Shown here piece after piece: positions 45,882 through 47,896 of a DNA stretch of 47,896 nucleotides. Every line of letters starts with the position of its first letter. Position 1 is the first letter of the stretch. The notes below the pieces were generated by a model. The model searched no databases and was not told the origin of the DNA. It saw only the letters and a list, made by a program, of their open reading frames with translations. Source of the stretch: a virus (taxonomy: Duplodnaviria; Caudoviricetes); the IMG/VR virus record IMGVR_UViG_3300005326_000061, positions 1 to 47,896 of that record; one strand, given 5' to 3'. The position numbers and the translations under genes were made by a program.

Positions 45882-47490
45882 GGAGCTGAAATACTTCAAT
45901 AAACCACAAATGGAAGCCATGGCGGTTAACGCCCGGGATGAGTTTATTGTGGCCAGTCGTGGTTTAGGTAAATCAGAAGGTTTTGATGCCAGAGTAGTGA
46001 TTCGAAATGTTTTTGCCATGCCCAAGGGTAATGGTGCCGTTCTCTCCCCTACCTATTCCAAGCTGCTTCAAAATACATTGCCAGCAATTGCGCATGCACT
46101 GGCTAACTGGGGTTATCATAGAAATATTCATTACTACATTGGTCGTAAAGCACCAAAAACATCAGGGTTTGATAAACCATACATAGAGCCATTCAGCTAC
46201 GAGCATGTTATTAGCTGGTTCAATGGGTCTATTCAGCACCTGGTTAGCTTTGATCGATCCATGAGCACTAACTCCATGAGCTTAGATTATGTGATAGGTC
46301 CAGAAGCTAAGTTTTTATCGCATGAAAAAATTAAAACAGAGGTTAACCCAGCACTGCGCGGTAATCGGCAGTATTTTCAGGATTGCCCTTGGCACGGTGG
46401 ATCATTCTTTAGCACCGATATGCCCACAAGTAAAATGGGTATGTGGATTCTGGAAAAAGAAAAGGAGATGGATCCGGAGCTCATTGAGCTGATTAAGCTG
46501 ACCTACTTAGAGTATAAGCGTTTAAAAGCAAAACCTGAAACAGTTTACAGAAATCGTGCGCTTGACAGAGTTACCAAGAACTTAGCCTATTTACGAAAAG
46601 AGGCCTTATTCTTTGCCGAATATAATGTTCTGGATAATGTAGAAATTTTAGGCGAGAAATGGATAGCACAGCAAAAGAGGGATTTACCACCGTTAATATT
46701 TAGAACGGCTATAATGAATGAACGCCTTGGGAAAGTACCCAACGGGTTTTACTCATCCCTCGAGGAGAGTATCCACTTTTATGTGCCACGGGATAATGGG
46801 TACCTAGATACGTTGGATTACGATTTTAGGAAAACTAAAAAATCGTGCAGCCTCTGGGATGGCGATGTGATACCTACTGAACCATTGCGCATTGCGTTTG
46901 ACTATAACGCTCCTATTAACAATATGGTTATTGGTCAACCCGATAATAACAATCTGAATACACTCAAGAGCATATTTGTTAAGACTCCCCTTAAGCTTAG
47001 GGATTTAGTAAATGCTTTCTGTGATTATTACGCTTTTCATCAGAACAAGGATGTTGTCTACTACTATGATGCTACTGCTGTTGGTGGTAATCCGGTTGAT
47101 GGAGAATCGTTTGCCTCTATTATAATTAGCTCTTTAAGCAAACGTGGATGGAATGTTATTCCTAAGTACATAGGCGGAACGATGCGGCATGATCTCAAGC
47201 ATCAGTATATCGATGATGCTTTTAAGGGCAATCCTGAATATCTCTTCCCTCAATTCAACCTGCACAACAATGAGTACCTGAAGTTAGCCATGGAGCAGAC
47301 AGGGATCAAGCAGGGGCGCAATGGCTTTGAGAAGGATAAATCAGCAGAGAAGGATCCTGATAGCCCAGAGCAACCCGATGAGACAAAGACACACATAACG
47401 GATGCATGGGATACATTGTTTATCGGTTGTAACTTCTACCCTGTGGATGTAGGCGACAATACAGAACCAAGTAATATCATTGGCAAATAG
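45874..47490 (+). CDS. terL: Terminase large subunit
   Basis: Walker A 'ASRGLGKS', Walker B-like 'VIGPEAK', motif 'STDMP', RNase H 'IAFDYN' and 'HITDAWD'. Confidence 0.9.
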   Translation: MSKELKYFNKPQMEAMAVNARDEFIVASRGLGKSEGFDARVVIRNVFAMPKGNGAVLSPTYSKLLQNTLPAIAHALANWGYHRNIHYYIGRKAPKTSGFDKPYIEPFSYEHVISWFNGSIQHLVSFDRSMSTNSMSLDYVIGPEAKFLSHEKIKTEVNPALRGNRQYFQDCPWHGGSFFSTDMPTSKMGMWILEKEKEMDPELIELIKLTYLEYKRLKAKPETVYRNRALDRVTKNLAYLRKEALFFAEYNVLDNVEILGEKWIAQQKRDLPPLIFRTAIMNERLGKVPNGFYSSLEESIHFYVPRDNGYLDTLDYDFRKTKKSCSLWDGDVIPTEPLRIAFDYNAPINNMVIGQPDNNNLNTLKSIFVKTPLKLRDLVNAFCDYYAFHQNKDVVYYYDATAVGGNPVDGESFASIIISSLSKRGWNVIPKYIGGTMRHDLKHQYIDDAFKGNPEYLFPQFNLHNNEYLKLAMEQTGIKQGRNGFEKDKSAEKDPDSPEQPDETKTHITDAWDTLFIGCNFYPVDVGDNTEPSNIIGK

Positions 47491-47492
47491 CA

Positions 47493-47572
47493 GGGCGTTC
47501 CCTTCGCTTTGCTCGGTCGGGCTTTCCGCTACTATCTTTTACTAAAAGGATATCCGCTTCAATCCCTAACGC
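47493..47572 (+). ncRNA. Structured Bacteroidota repeat/RNA motif (Flavo-1-like, tentative)
   Basis: gcgtt/aacgc closing stem, ggtcgggctttccgct, atctttt/aaaaggat, ccgcttcaatccctaacgc. Confidence 0.45.
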
Positions 47573-47713
47573 AATAGAGGGCTACTACACGCAAACACAT
47601 TCGCTTCACTCCTTTCATTAGCGCATCAAGCTGCACTTAACTCATTCGCTCAGCAAAAGAGTTTGCTATCCCATTACCATGCAGATTGTTTGTTCCAAAC
47701 AAACATCATGAGA

Positions 47714-47775
47714 AAGGAATGTGGTGTAGCTTCGCACGTTATAAGGAATGTGGTGTAGCTTCGCACGTTATAAGG
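47714..47775. repeat. 29-bp perfect tandem duplication
   Basis: aaggaatgtggtgtagcttcgcacgttat x2, plus aagg. Confidence 0.9.
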
Positions 47776-47896
47776 TATCGCCCATGAAAGTTCACATGTG
47801 CGATCTGCTGCTGGTAGGGGCAAAACCCACCGCACTCCGCAAAGCCCCAGCATATAACACAACAACAAAGGGGGCAGCCGCCGCCAAAAACTTCAG

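Noticed and set aside
47714-47775. Mini CRISPR array
   Set aside because: The two 29-bp copies are contiguous with no spacer
1-47896. Stop-codon reassignment, and the many minus-strand ORFs of 60-180 aa
   Set aside because: Core genes are intact in the standard code and all three stops are used; minus-strand ORFs other than int and CI are shadows of long plus-strand genes

Overview
The window is essentially a whole ~47.9 kb temperate tailed phage (siphovirus-like) of a Bacteroidota host. The host call rests on TAnnTTTG -7 promoter boxes, absence of Shine-Dalgarno sites, and a Bacteroidota-type integrase. The sequence is opened between terminase (terL) and portal and appears to be the excised form, since an attP core matching a tRNA-Phe 3' end lies internally between integrase and repressor. 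Module order: portal/neck/tail completion (0.3-4.6 kb); accessory block with a DUF4468-like moron, an antisense-RNA-controlled BRO antirepressor operon and a palindrome-flanked SNF2-ParB-PAPS-reductase-XRE cassette (4.6-10.7 kb); tape measure, lysis and tail tip (10.8-19.1 kb); integrase/attP/CI/Cro (19-21 kb); early and replication genes with a tRNA-Met and a primase-helicase (21-33 kb); head, tail tube, fibre-like genes, a tandem glycosyltransferase and terminase (33.4-47.5 kb). The most notable locus is 29.8-32.2 kb. There an RHH regulator, three tandem Y-RNA-like genes (one a tRNA-mimicking YrlA type), a terminator and Ro60/TROVE sit inside long imperfect inverted repeats bounded by TAAC...GTTA. 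An ORF-less cassette and a compact attC-like hairpin follow, and their core sequences look swapped as expected after integron-type recombination, although no integron integrase is present. Other highlights are a circularly permuted Fib_succ_major domain on a tail protein and a TGTCCTTT-N20 late-promoter motif at 8 sites. All family assignments come from motif recognition by eye; no database search was run.
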